Shown: positions 15,111-23,270 of the stretch, in pieces
How the letters are laid out: each line of letters opens with the position of its first letter
How positions within the stretch are numbered: the stretch's first letter is position 1
NCBI GenBank assembly: GCA_045651305.1
Contig: JAZRSE010000151.1
Location: 1-24,675, forward strand
Source: Candidatus Scatosoma sp.
GTDB taxonomy: Bacteria; Bacillota; Clostridia; Christensenellales; Borkfalkiaceae
Direction of reading: 5' to 3'
Length of the DNA: 24,675 bases
Translations under genes and position numbers: made by a program
The notes under the pieces: generated by a model
Databases searched by the model: none
What the model was told of the DNA's origin: nothing
Seen by the model: the letters and a program-made list of their open reading frames with translations, nothing else

Positions 15111-16007
15111 TTATTCGTCTTCGTCGAGCAAATCGTCGTCGTTGTCGTTATCGTCGCTATTCTCGTTTTTCCCTTTCGGGCATTGCGGACAGGGCTTTTT
15201 GAAACACAACTCGCTTGCAGGGTAGTCTTTGAAAATCCAACCCCCGTTTTTATCGTCCATCTTAACGCGTACTTCCATTTTGAGCATATTGAGCGCCGCA
15301 ACGATGGCTTTGCCTTCGGGAGTGCCTACCTCCGCACCAACTTTGGGGAGTTGTTTCGCCGCGTCTACGTAATAATCAATCTCGTAGCCCAAACAGCACA
15401 TCAATCTTCCGCAAAGACCGCTAATTTTCCCGGGGTTGAGCGAGAGGTTTTGCGCTTTCGCCATTTTTACGCTTACCTTTTTGAATTCGGGCATATTCCC
15501 TGCGCAACAACAAACTCTTCCGCAAGGGGCGATACCGCCAAGGTATTTCGTTTCGTCACGGATACCCACCTGTCGCAAATCAATACGGGTGTGGAAAGCG
15601 GACGCCAAGTCCTTTACAAGCTCTCTAAAATCCACACGGCTTTCCGAGGTGAAGAAGAAAGTGATTTTGCCGCTATCGAAAGAGAATTCGCAGTCTACGA
15701 GTTTCATTTCGAGTTCCCTTGCGGCGATTTTTTCCTTGCAAATACGGATAGCCTCGGGCTTTTTCGCCTCGTACGCTTGATATTTTTCCGTGTCCTTTTG
15801 CGTGGCGATACGGACAATCGGTTTCAAAGGGGATACGATTTCGCTATCGTCGATTTCCTTTTCGGGGTGCGCCACCCAAGCGTATTCTACCCCGCGCGAA
15901 GTTTCTACGATAACGGGCATATTCCGCGTGTAAACCTCGCCCGTCTTGGGGGTAAAATAATATAACTTGCCCCCGTTCTTAAATTTTATGCCTACAACTT
16001 TTGTCAT
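15111..16007 (-). CDS. ricT: RicT/YaaT (PSP1 domain, stage 0 sporulation family), 298 aa
   Basis: Start reset to MTKVVGIKF (16007). 'YFTSESRVDFRELVKDLA', 'CGRVCCC', 'KISGLCGRLMCCL'. Follows holB as in B. subtilis. Confidence 0.92.
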   Translation of the reverse strand: MTKVVGIKFKNGGKLYYFTPKTGEVYTRNMPVIVETSRGVEYAWVAHPEKEIDDSEIVSPLKPIVRIATQKDTEKYQAYEAKKPEAIRICKEKIAARELEMKLVDCEFSFDSGKITFFFTSESRVDFRELVKDLASAFHTRIDLRQVGIRDETKYLGGIAPCGRVCCCAGNMPEFKKVSVKMAKAQNLSLNPGKISGLCGRLMCCLGYEIDYYVDAAKQLPKVGAEVGTPEGKAIVAALNMLKMEVRVKMDDKNGGWIFKDYPASELCFKKPCPQCPKGKNENSDDNDNDDDLLDEDE

Positions 16008-16038
16008 AATACGTCCTTTTCGCTTATCGAACCGTTTT

Positions 16039-17028
16039 TTAGCGCAAACGGTCTTTGGCGTTATTTTCGAAAATTTTTGCAATCAACAACTCTAAACATT
16101 GCGGGAAGGTTGCGTTGAAGAAGGTGTGGAGTTCCGCTTTGGAAAGCTCGTCTTGGGCAAAGAGCATCGTCGCCGTGCCAAACCTTTGCGCCACCCGTTT
16201 TAAGCGTTCCGTTTCCACACGCAACAAAACGTGTTTCTCGCTCCCCTTGACGTCTTTAAGCAAAAGCGCGTCGCGGAAGATAAGGCGGAGCAAATACAAC
16301 AGCTCTTTCTTGGCTTTCGTTTCGCCCGTCTTTTTGATGAGGGAGGGGAGAGCCTCTTTCGTGGAAAGGAGCAACGCAAACGCCTCGTCTACGAGCGCGT
16401 GATAATCGCCCCCTTCAAGCGTGTTTTGCGCCTCGCCCAAACTGCCGCCGCTTGCCGCCGCGCATAACGAAAAATCCTTTTCCGTGTACTTGCCGTCGGT
16501 GTAAATACGAGCGAGCGCCTCCGCCACTTCCCTTTCGTCAAAGGGTGGAATTTCCAACTTGGAAACACGGGAAAGCACGGTGGAAAGCACGGGGAAAGCC
16601 GTCGTTGCGCCGAGAAGAAAGATAACCCCCTCGGGCGGTTCTTCCAAAAGTTTCAAAAGCTTGTTTTGCGAGGCAACGTTGGCGTCGGCAAAATCGGCGA
16701 TTACGAAAACCTTTATATCCCCCTCAACGGGGCGGAGCATACACTCTTCCGTCAATCGTTCGGCGTCCTCAACGACGAATTTTTTGTCGTGATTTGGGAA
16801 GAACAAACAATCGGTAAACGTTTCCTTGTCAATGCGTTCGGCAATTCGCTTTTCCCTGTCCGTAACGGGGGTATCGCAAGCAAATAATATCTTTGCAAAC
16901 GTCTTTAATGCGTTTCGAAGATTGCGTTTGTCGTCTAAAAGGAGCAAGTAAGCGTGCGAAAGACGGCTCTTTTGCGCTTCCGCTTGCAATAAACGGTATG
17001 CCTGCGTGTTTTTGATAAGCGTTTGCAT
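16039..17028 (-). CDS. holB: DNA polymerase III subunit delta-prime
   Basis: 'LSHAYL', 'KVFVI', 'ASQNKLLKLLEEPP', 'TVLSR'. Upstream of ricT. Confidence 0.85.
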   Translation of the reverse strand: MQTLIKNTQAYRLLQAEAQKSRLSHAYLLLLDDKRNLRNALKTFAKILFACDTPVTDREKRIAERIDKETFTDCLFFPNHDKKFVVEDAERLTEECMLRPVEGDIKVFVIADFADANVASQNKLLKLLEEPPEGVIFLLGATTAFPVLSTVLSRVSKLEIPPFDEREVAEALARIYTDGKYTEKDFSLCAAASGGSLGEAQNTLEGGDYHALVDEAFALLLSTKEALPSLIKKTGETKAKKELLYLLRLIFRDALLLKDVKGSEKHVLLRVETERLKRVAQRFGTATMLFAQDELSKAELHTFFNATFPQCLELLIAKIFENNAKDRLR

Positions 17029-17062
17029 ACTTTATCACCCCTCCTTTATAGCGTTCTACACT

Positions 17063-17091
17063 ATTATAACATAAAACTTGTAAATAAGCAA
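17063..17091 (-). promoter_or_regulatory. sigma-A promoter of holB-ricT
   Basis: TTGCTT, N17, then TATAAT (17068-17063) with an extended -10 TG. Confidence 0.55.
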
Positions 17092-17110
17092 GTAGTTATA
17101 AGAAAAGAAA

Positions 17111-17137
17111 AAAGGAAAAACATACCGTTTTTCCTTT
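17111..17137 (-). terminator. Terminator after the EamA transporter
   Basis: AAAGGAAAAAC-ATACC-GTTTTTCCTTT with an A-tract to its left. Confidence 0.7.
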
Positions 17138-17181
17138 GGAATATGCTATTTTCAATGCGTACATGGTGGGGTGTTTTTATT

Positions 17182-18141
17182 TCAATGCGTACCTGCCCCG
17201 TTCGTTTTGTTTTGTTTTCTATGTTCGCGGAGGGCAAGGAAGTATTTGACGATTGCCGCGCCGATGATGATAACGTAGCCGATAACGCTTAAATAATCGG
17301 GAAATTCCCACAAAACGACGATACCGAGAAAGGCGGAGAAAAGCACTTGCGAATAATCGAATACGGAAATTTCCCTCGCAGGCGCGCACGAATAAGCGGT
17401 GGTAATGGAAAACTGCGCCGCGCTCGCACAAAGCCCTGCAAGGAGCAGGAAAAGGACTTGGGAAAGGAGCATAGGCTCGAATTGAATAATCGCCATTGGC
17501 AGTACGGCAAGACAGGAAAAGGTGGAGAAGAAAAAGACGATAACCGCCGTACGTTCTCCTCTATTGCCAAGATAGCGTACGAACGTATAAGCAAGCCCTG
17601 CGCCCAAGCCGCCCAAAACGCCGACGAGGGCAGGGATAGTGGTTTGCGAGGAGAAGGAGGGCTTAATCACGAACAGCGCGCCGAAGAACGCCACGGCGAT
17701 AAGCAGCCAGTTTTTCCAGCCTGCCTTTTCCCGTAAAATGATAGCGGAAAATAAAATGGCGAAAAACGGGGAGAGTTTGTTTAAGATAGACGCGTCCGCC
17801 ACCGTCAAATTGTCGATAGCGTAGAAATTGCAAACAATCCCCACCGTGCCTGCAATCGAACGGGCGAAAAGCGCAGGCAAGCTCCCTTTTTTAATTTTGA
17901 ACGAACGGTTTTTGCAAAGCAAAGCAAACGCGACGAGCGCGGCTATGGCGTTGCGGAAAAGACATTTTTGGAAGGTGGGCAAATCCCCTGCGAGGCGGAC
18001 GAACAAGCCCATAAGCGCGAAGAAAAAGGCGGAGAGGAGTATAAAGAAAATTCCCCGCTTGGTGCTTTTCACCCTATCCGTCCCGTCTTGGGAAGAGGGA
18101 GCGTTGGTGTATGGAGTTTGTTGCAATTCTTCGTGGCTCAT
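17182..18141 (-). CDS. DMT/EamA-family transporter, 319 aa
   Basis: Start reset to MSHEELQ (18141). About 10 hydrophobic segments, with 'ADASILNKLSPFF..LFSAIILRE' and 'EISVFDYSQVLFS..LG'. Confidence 0.88.
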   Translation of the reverse strand: MSHEELQQTPYTNAPSSQDGTDRVKSTKRGIFFILLSAFFFALMGLFVRLAGDLPTFQKCLFRNAIAALVAFALLCKNRSFKIKKGSLPALFARSIAGTVGIVCNFYAIDNLTVADASILNKLSPFFAILFSAIILREKAGWKNWLLIAVAFFGALFVIKPSFSSQTTIPALVGVLGGLGAGLAYTFVRYLGNRGERTAVIVFFFSTFSCLAVLPMAIIQFEPMLLSQVLFLLLAGLCASAAQFSITTAYSCAPAREISVFDYSQVLFSAFLGIVVLWEFPDYLSVIGYVIIIGAAIVKYFLALREHRKQNKTNGAGTH

Positions 18142-18203
18142 ACTATTATTATACGCAAAACAGAGGAAAAAGTAAAACGAAAAGAGGGAGAAAGGCAAAG
18201 AAA

Positions 18204-18231
18204 AACAGGGAACGGAAAACCGTTCCCTGTT
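18204..18231 (-). terminator. Terminator of rplU-rpmA
   Basis: AACAGGGAACGG-AAAA-CCGTTCCCTGTT, a 12-bp stem with an A-tract to its left. Confidence 0.85.
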
Positions 18232-18244
18232 AAAGCCATTTTGA

Positions 18245-18529
18245 TTATTGCGCGTCCGCTACGGGATATACGCTTGCTTTTTTCTTGTCTTTGCCCATTC
18301 TTTCGTAACGTACCACACCGTCAACAAGCGCGAAAAGCGTGTCGTCTTTGCCGATACCTACGTTTGCGCCCGGATGGATTTTCGTACCACGTTGACGTAC
18401 AAGGATGTTGCCTGCAAGAACGCTTTGGCCGTCGCTACGCTTCGTGCCAAGACGCTTTGCTTCGCTGTCTCTGCCGTTGTGGGAAGAACCGGTACCTTTC
18501 TTATGAGCGAATAAACGAATAAAAATCAT
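18245..18529 (-). CDS. rpmA: 50S ribosomal protein L27 with an N-terminal extension
   Basis: [28 protein letters not shown]...[20 protein letters not shown]. Confidence 0.97.
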   Translation of the reverse strand: MIFIRLFAHKKGTGSSHNGRDSEAKRLGTKRSDGQSVLAGNILVRQRGTKIHPGANVGIGKDDTLFALVDGVVRYERMGKDKKKASVYPVADAQ

Positions 18530-18582
18530 TTTTCTTTCTCCTTAATTCAAGTATTTGTTACCCCTTTAATAGGGCGGTGCGA

Positions 18583-18888
18583 TTAAAGTTCGATTTTTTC
18601 AACTTTAACTGCGGTGAAAGGTTGTCTGTGACCTTGCTTTTTACGTTCGTTCTTCTTTGCTTTATACTTGAAGACGATAATCTTTTTAGCCTTGTCTTGC
18701 TTAACAACCGTTGCGGTTACTTTTGCAGAAGCAACTTCTGCGCCAGCTTTGATACCGTTCTCGTCGGAAACCATAAGCACTTTGAATTCCACGGTGTCGC
18801 CTTCGTTCGCCGCGAGTTTTTCTACGCGTACAACGTCGCCTTCCGCTACTTTGTATTGCTTATTTCCGTTATCGATGATAGCGTACAT
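18583..18888 (-). CDS. rplU: 50S ribosomal protein L21
   Basis: Start reset to [14 protein letters not shown] (18888) after GGAGG. C-terminal 'GHRQPFT'. Confidence 0.97.
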   Translation of the reverse strand: MYAIIDNGNKQYKVAEGDVVRVEKLAANEGDTVEFKVLMVSDENGIKAGAEVASAKVTATVVKQDKAKKIIVFKYKAKKNERKKQGHRQPFTAVKVEKIEL

Positions 18889-18894
18889 ACAATT

Positions 18895-19032
18895 TTTACC
18901 TCCTCTTTCCAGTCTCGAAGAATACCCAAGGCGCACGCTTTTCCCTCATTTTTGCGGAAAAAACGCAACTTAAAACAGCCCGTTTCTATCGGCTCGGATA
19001 ATACTATATCATATTTAGCAAAGCTCCGTCAA
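18895..19032 (-). promoter_or_regulatory. rplU promoter and structured leader (possible L21 leader)
   Basis: TTGACG (19032-19027), N18, TATAGT (19008-19003). A leader of about 110 nt contains hairpins at 18977-18994 and 18952-18968. The promoter is well supported. The L21-leader identity rests on position only. Confidence 0.4.
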
Positions 19033-19142
19033 GCATTTTTTCTTTTATTTTCCTAAAAAAATGAAAAATTTTCCCACTTGCGAGGTATTTTTCTATCCCA
19101 AAAGCGGTAAACTGTGAAAAAGCAAAAAAGGAGTGAAAAATT

Positions 19143-19589
19143 ATGGAAGAAAAAGACTTTAAGCAAACGGAAGAAATCCTTGCGGAAATTTACCGCAACG
19201 CACAGCTTGCTTTGCAATCCATTTCCAATATCCTCCCCCAAGTGGAGGACGAGGAGGTGAAAACGGAGCTTTCGCTTCAACACGAAGAATATGAAAAATT
19301 TTCCTCGCGCGCATCAATGCTTGCCAAGGATAAGGGCTTGGAATTGAAAGAGCCGAACCCCTTTAAGAAGATGATGATGTGGGGTTCTATCAAAATGAAT
19401 TCGATGATGGATAACTCCCGTGCGCATATTGCGGATATGATGTTACAAGGCACGGTAATGGGGATAACCGCCCTTCGAAAGACGCAAAGCGAAAGTTGCG
19501 TAGAGGGCGCGGACGATATTTTACAACTTTTGGACGAAATGATTGCCGCCGAAGAACGCTTTGAAAAGAAGTGGAAGGAATATTTGTAA
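19143..19589 (+). CDS. Hypothetical protein, predicted four-helix (ferritin/coat-like) fold
   Basis: 148 aa with a GGAG RBS. Amphipathic helical pattern ('IYRNAQLALQSI', 'HIADMMLQGTVMG'). Function not assignable from sequence. Confidence 0.75.
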   Translation: MEEKDFKQTEEILAEIYRNAQLALQSISNILPQVEDEEVKTELSLQHEEYEKFSSRASMLAKDKGLELKEPNPFKKMMMWGSIKMNSMMDNSRAHIADMMLQGTVMGITALRKTQSESCVEGADDILQLLDEMIAAEERFEKKWKEYL

Positions 19590-19607
19590 GGTTTTCATTT
19601 TGCCGCA

Positions 19608-19677
19608 GGGATTTGCCTAATAGGCGTGAATAGACGGCGTTTCCGTCGAGATTTGCGCGATAAAGCGCGCGTTGTGG
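19608..19677. repeat. Linker-hairpin array, locus 2 left arm
   Basis: GGGATTT-[GCCTA A TAGGC]-GTGAATA-[GACGG CGTTT CCGTC]-GAGATTT-[GCGCG ATAAAG CGCGC]-GTTGTGG. Same terminus as the locus 1 left arm. Confidence 0.75.
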
Positions 19678-19687
19678 TAAATTATAA

Positions 19688-19713
19688 TAGGGACGAGCAA
19701 CGCTCGTCCCTAC
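19688..19713. repeat. GTAG-type REP-like palindrome (may also terminate the upstream gene)
   Basis: TAGGGACGAGC-AAC-GCTCGTCCCTA, an 11-bp stem. The minus strand begins GTAG. A T-tract follows. Confidence 0.6.
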
Positions 19714-19751
19714 GTTTTTTCATAACCCTAATTTTTCGCCCCAATAAAAAC

Positions 19752-19972
19752 CTTTCACTACGCCATAGGCGTAATTTCACTTTGCATAGCAAAACTACAC
19801 TATGCCCTTGGCATAACTTCACTTGTCACAAGACAAACTTCACTATGCCCTTGGCATAACTTCACTTGTCACAAGACAAACTTCACTATGCCTTTGGCAT
19901 AATTTCACTTGTCGCAAGACAAATTTCACTATACCTTTGGCATAATTTCACTTGTCGCAAGACAAATTTCAC
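19752..19972. repeat. Linker-hairpin array, locus 2 right arm (includes four 43-bp tandem units)
   Basis: Eleven 7-nt linkers (ACTTCAC/ATTTCAC, variants CTTTCAC and ACTACAC) separate ten T...A-closed hairpins. Over 19801-19972, TATGCC-NNN-GGCATA alternates with TTGTC-NCAA-GACAA. Confidence 0.92.
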
Positions 19973-21687
19973 TATATTTGCGGTTTTACCAGCACCGTCT
20001 TATAATCGGTGTAAACGACGAACCCTGCTTTGCTTTTGCTCGGTTTTTTGACAAACTTGCGCTTGCAATAGTCCACGGGTATCTTGTCGCCCTCTCTCGC
20101 TTGCGAGAAATACGCGCAAAGCTGTGCGGCGTATAAAATGGTTTCATCGCGTACCTGCCCCCCTTCTGCAAGGATAATTACGTGGGAAGAGTGGTATTTT
20201 TGTACGTGCAACCATATATCGTCGGGGGAGGCGAGTTTCAAAAGCCGTTCGTTTTGTAAATTGTTTCTCCCTACGAGAATTTTCTTGCCGTCACGCTCAA
20301 ATTCTCTAAAGGGTACGGGCGCGTCTTTTTTATTCTTTTTGACGGTTGCTTTCGGTGCGCGCAGCAGTCCTGCGTCCAAAAGTTCCGTTTCAATTTCTTT
20401 CAAGTCCTCGTCCGTTTCGGCGAGCGCGATAGAAGAGGCGATACTTTCCGCATACGAAAGCTCGTTTTCGTCCGCTTTTTGCATAGGCAGTAGAATTTCC
20501 CTTGCGCGCTTTTGTTTGTTGTATTGTTTGAAATACCGTTGCGCGTTTTTCGCAGGGGAAAGCAGGGGGTCGAGCGCGATTTTTATGCTCTTGCCCTCTT
20601 CGTCGTACCAGTTGACGAGTTCTACAAAGCGCATACCCTTTTCAATGGCGTACAAATTCGCCGTCAAAAGCTCGCCCTTGATACGGTTTTCGTCCGCTTT
20701 GTCCGCCTCGCGCAGTTTTTCCGCCGTTTCTTGCAGACGTTTCGCCGTCTTTTTCACAAGCGTTTTTACACCGCTTTCCAAACGGCGTTTTTTATCGTCA
20801 AAGCCCTTTTTCGTTTCTCGCTTGGTGTAAAATTCGTCCTGCGCTTTGCAAAGAGAGGGCATCGCCACGCCCCCGTTGATTGGAAAGGCGAAAAAGTCGC
20901 AAATCACGCCGTTATCCATACGTATATGGGGGTTAGACGGCTCGTTCAAGCAAAAATCACCGATAAAATTCCACAACGGCGCGGTTGCCGACGGGGATAA
21001 ACAAAGGGCGAGAGAGCCGTTTATTTTCTCCGCTTTTAAGACGAGTTCCCTTGCCGTGGGAAGAGCTAAGCCCGAAACGGTGTCGAAGATATGTTGCGCC
21101 AACGTTTCGCTATCCACCGCCTCTTGCCTATTTGCCATAAAGTTTTTCAAGCGCGTAAAAATTCCCTCGCTATCAAAGGGGGAAACCTTGTCTTGGGGGG
21201 TGGGGTAGGCGTACTTTGCGCCTGCAAAGAGGATACGGTGCGTATCGTCCAATAGCGCCGTCGTTTTCAACGCGCCCAAAACAACCCCTTTCTCTACGAG
21301 AATTACGTTGGAGTATTTCCCCATTAACTCGCAAACGAGGGTGCGGTTTGCGCTCGAAAAATCGGTGGTACAATGCAAATCTATTTCCACAATCCGTTCA
21401 AATTCGTGTTGACGAATCGCCAAAATTTCCGCATTTTGCAAATGTTTTCGAAGGAGCATACAAAAATTGGGCGCGACGGCAAGCGGTTCTTTTTCCACCG
21501 TGGATAAACAAACGCGCGCATTTGACGCATTTGCGCTTAAAATGAGTTTAACCGTCGATTTTCCGGTGTATATAATAAAGGTCAGCTCGTCTTTGTTCAC
21601 TTGCGAGATGCGGTTGATTTTTCCGCCGACGAGAAGGTTGTTCAACTCGATTGTGCTGCGGCGGATATGAAAAGCGTCCTGTGGCAT
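19972..21687 (-). CDS. rqcH: Ribosome quality control factor RqcH (FbpA/PavA, NFACT family), 571 aa
   Basis: Start reset to MPQDAF (21687) after GGGGAGG. 'GGKINRISQ', 'NFCMLLRKHL', 'ELMGKYSNVILV', 'NAQRYFKQYNK', 'VGRNNLQNE', 'DIWLHVQKYHSSHV'. Confidence 0.93.
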   Translation of the reverse strand: MPQDAFHIRRSTIELNNLLVGGKINRISQVNKDELTFIIYTGKSTVKLILSANASNARVCLSTVEKEPLAVAPNFCMLLRKHLQNAEILAIRQHEFERIVEIDLHCTTDFSSANRTLVCELMGKYSNVILVEKGVVLGALKTTALLDDTHRILFAGAKYAYPTPQDKVSPFDSEGIFTRLKNFMANRQEAVDSETLAQHIFDTVSGLALPTARELVLKAEKINGSLALCLSPSATAPLWNFIGDFCLNEPSNPHIRMDNGVICDFFAFPINGGVAMPSLCKAQDEFYTKRETKKGFDDKKRRLESGVKTLVKKTAKRLQETAEKLREADKADENRIKGELLTANLYAIEKGMRFVELVNWYDEEGKSIKIALDPLLSPAKNAQRYFKQYNKQKRAREILLPMQKADENELSYAESIASSIALAETDEDLKEIETELLDAGLLRAPKATVKKNKKDAPVPFREFERDGKKILVGRNNLQNERLLKLASPDDIWLHVQKYHSSHVIILAEGGQVRDETILYAAQLCAYFSQAREGDKIPVDYCKRKFVKKPSKSKAGFVVYTDYKTVLVKPQI

Positions 21688-21773
21688 AGTTGCCCTCCCC
21701 GTTTTTATCAAAGAGTATTCTTCCCTCCTCGAATTTTGTCGAAAAGCATTGACGGGAATACTCCTTTTCTTAA

Positions 21774-21802
21774 ATTATACTCCAAAAAACGGAAATTGTA
21801 AA
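21774..21802 (-). promoter_or_regulatory. sigma-A promoter of rqcH
   Basis: TTTACA (21802-21797), N17, TATAAT (21779-21774). Confidence 0.6.
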
Positions 21803-21938
21803 TAAAAACAATGAAAAAACGCTTTATTTTCTTTGATAAATATGATAAAATGTAATGAGCAAAACCGAAAACGTAGTTTTCCGTCTTGCCAAAAAATAAA
21901 AAAAATAAAAATTGCAATATAGCAGGAGAAAAAGTATT

Positions 21939-23234
21939 ATGAAGTACACCACCAAAGCCAGCGAAAAAAGCACGGTAAAAATCACGCTTAAATTCGACGC
22001 GGAAGAATTCAAAGCAGCGCAAACGAAAGCGTACCTTAAAACGAGAAACAAGTTCACGGTAAACGGTTTCCGTAAAGGTAAAGCGCCCAAGAACGTTATT
22101 GAAAACGTTTACGGCAAAGGCGTATTCTACGAAGACGCGCTCAATATTCTTTTCGGCGACAACTACGGCACGGTTATCGAAAAGTGCGAAAAGAAATTCA
22201 CGGTTGTTGGCGACCCTGACGTTTCCGTGGAAGATTTCACGGAAGAAGGCGTAACGCTCGCGGCGATTGTACCCGTTAAACCCGAGGTAAAAATTTCCTC
22301 CTACAAGGGTATGAAAATTAAGGAAATCGCGTATACTGTTAAAGACGAAGAAGTGGATGCGGAAATCAACCGTTTGCTCGACAGAAACGCACGCAAAGTG
22401 CCCGTTGCTGACAGAGCGGCTCAAAACGGCGACATCGCAAACATCGATTTCGTTGGCAGCGTTGACGGCGTAAAATTCGACGGCGGCGAAGCGGAAGGCT
22501 TTGATTTGACGCTTGGCAGCGGTCAATTTATCCCTGGTTTTGAAGACCAAGTAGTTGGTATGAACATCGGCGAAAAGAAGGACGTAAACGTAACCTTCCC
22601 CGAAAACTACCAAGCGGAAAACTTGAAAGGCAAAGCGGCGGTGTTCGCTGTTACGCTTAACAGCTTGCAAGCAAAAGAACTTCCCGAACTCAATGATGAA
22701 TTCATCAAAGACGCAACGGGCAGCGAAAGCGTAGAAGCTTACAAGGCAAAGACGAAGGAAAGATTGCAACAACAAGCGGATAGACGTGCAAACGACGCAA
22801 CGGAAAACAGCATTTTGGAAGCAATCGCTCAAAACACGGAAGTAGTTATTCCCCAAGCGATGATTGATAGAGAAATCGACACCCTTTTGCAAAAGTTCGA
22901 ATATCAACTTATGTACCAAGGCTTGAAACTTGCGGACTATCTCGACTTCCTCAAAGTTACGGAAGCTGATTTTAGAAAGAACTACGAAGCGCAAGCTGAA
23001 AAGAACGTGAAGAGCCAACTTATCATTTCGCAAATCATCAAAGACGAAGCGATTGACGCAACGGAAGAAGAAGTTGACGCGAAGATTGCAGAACAAGCAA
23101 AATCGGTCGAAAAGGACGCTGCGGAATACAAGAAGGGTATGGACCCTCGTCAATTCGACTATATCCGCAACGACATCGTTATCACCAAGCTTTTCAACTT
23201 CTTGAAAGAAAACAACGAAATGTATCAAGAATAA
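21939..23234 (+). CDS. tig: Trigger factor
   Basis: Start reset to MKYTTK (21939) after AGGAG. Ribosome-binding motif GFRKGKAP and FKBP motif 'LGSGQFIPGFEDQVVG'. Confidence 0.97.
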   Translation: MKYTTKASEKSTVKITLKFDAEEFKAAQTKAYLKTRNKFTVNGFRKGKAPKNVIENVYGKGVFYEDALNILFGDNYGTVIEKCEKKFTVVGDPDVSVEDFTEEGVTLAAIVPVKPEVKISSYKGMKIKEIAYTVKDEEVDAEINRLLDRNARKVPVADRAAQNGDIANIDFVGSVDGVKFDGGEAEGFDLTLGSGQFIPGFEDQVVGMNIGEKKDVNVTFPENYQAENLKGKAAVFAVTLNSLQAKELPELNDEFIKDATGSESVEAYKAKTKERLQQQADRRANDATENSILEAIAQNTEVVIPQAMIDREIDTLLQKFEYQLMYQGLKLADYLDFLKVTEADFRKNYEAQAEKNVKSQLIISQIIKDEAIDATEEEVDAKIAEQAKSVEKDAAEYKKGMDPRQFDYIRNDIVITKLFNFLKENNEMYQE

Positions 23235-23270
23235 GCTTAACGCTTATCAACAAAAACAAGGAAACGGATT

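Noticed and set aside
19801-19972. CRISPR array
   Set aside because: The units are near-identical 43-bp tandem copies with no unique spacers, the constant element is only 7 nt, and there is no cas gene or leader.
21708-23228. 506-aa minus-strand ORF
   Set aside because: Antisense shadow of tig, typical of strongly biased codon usage in highly expressed genes.
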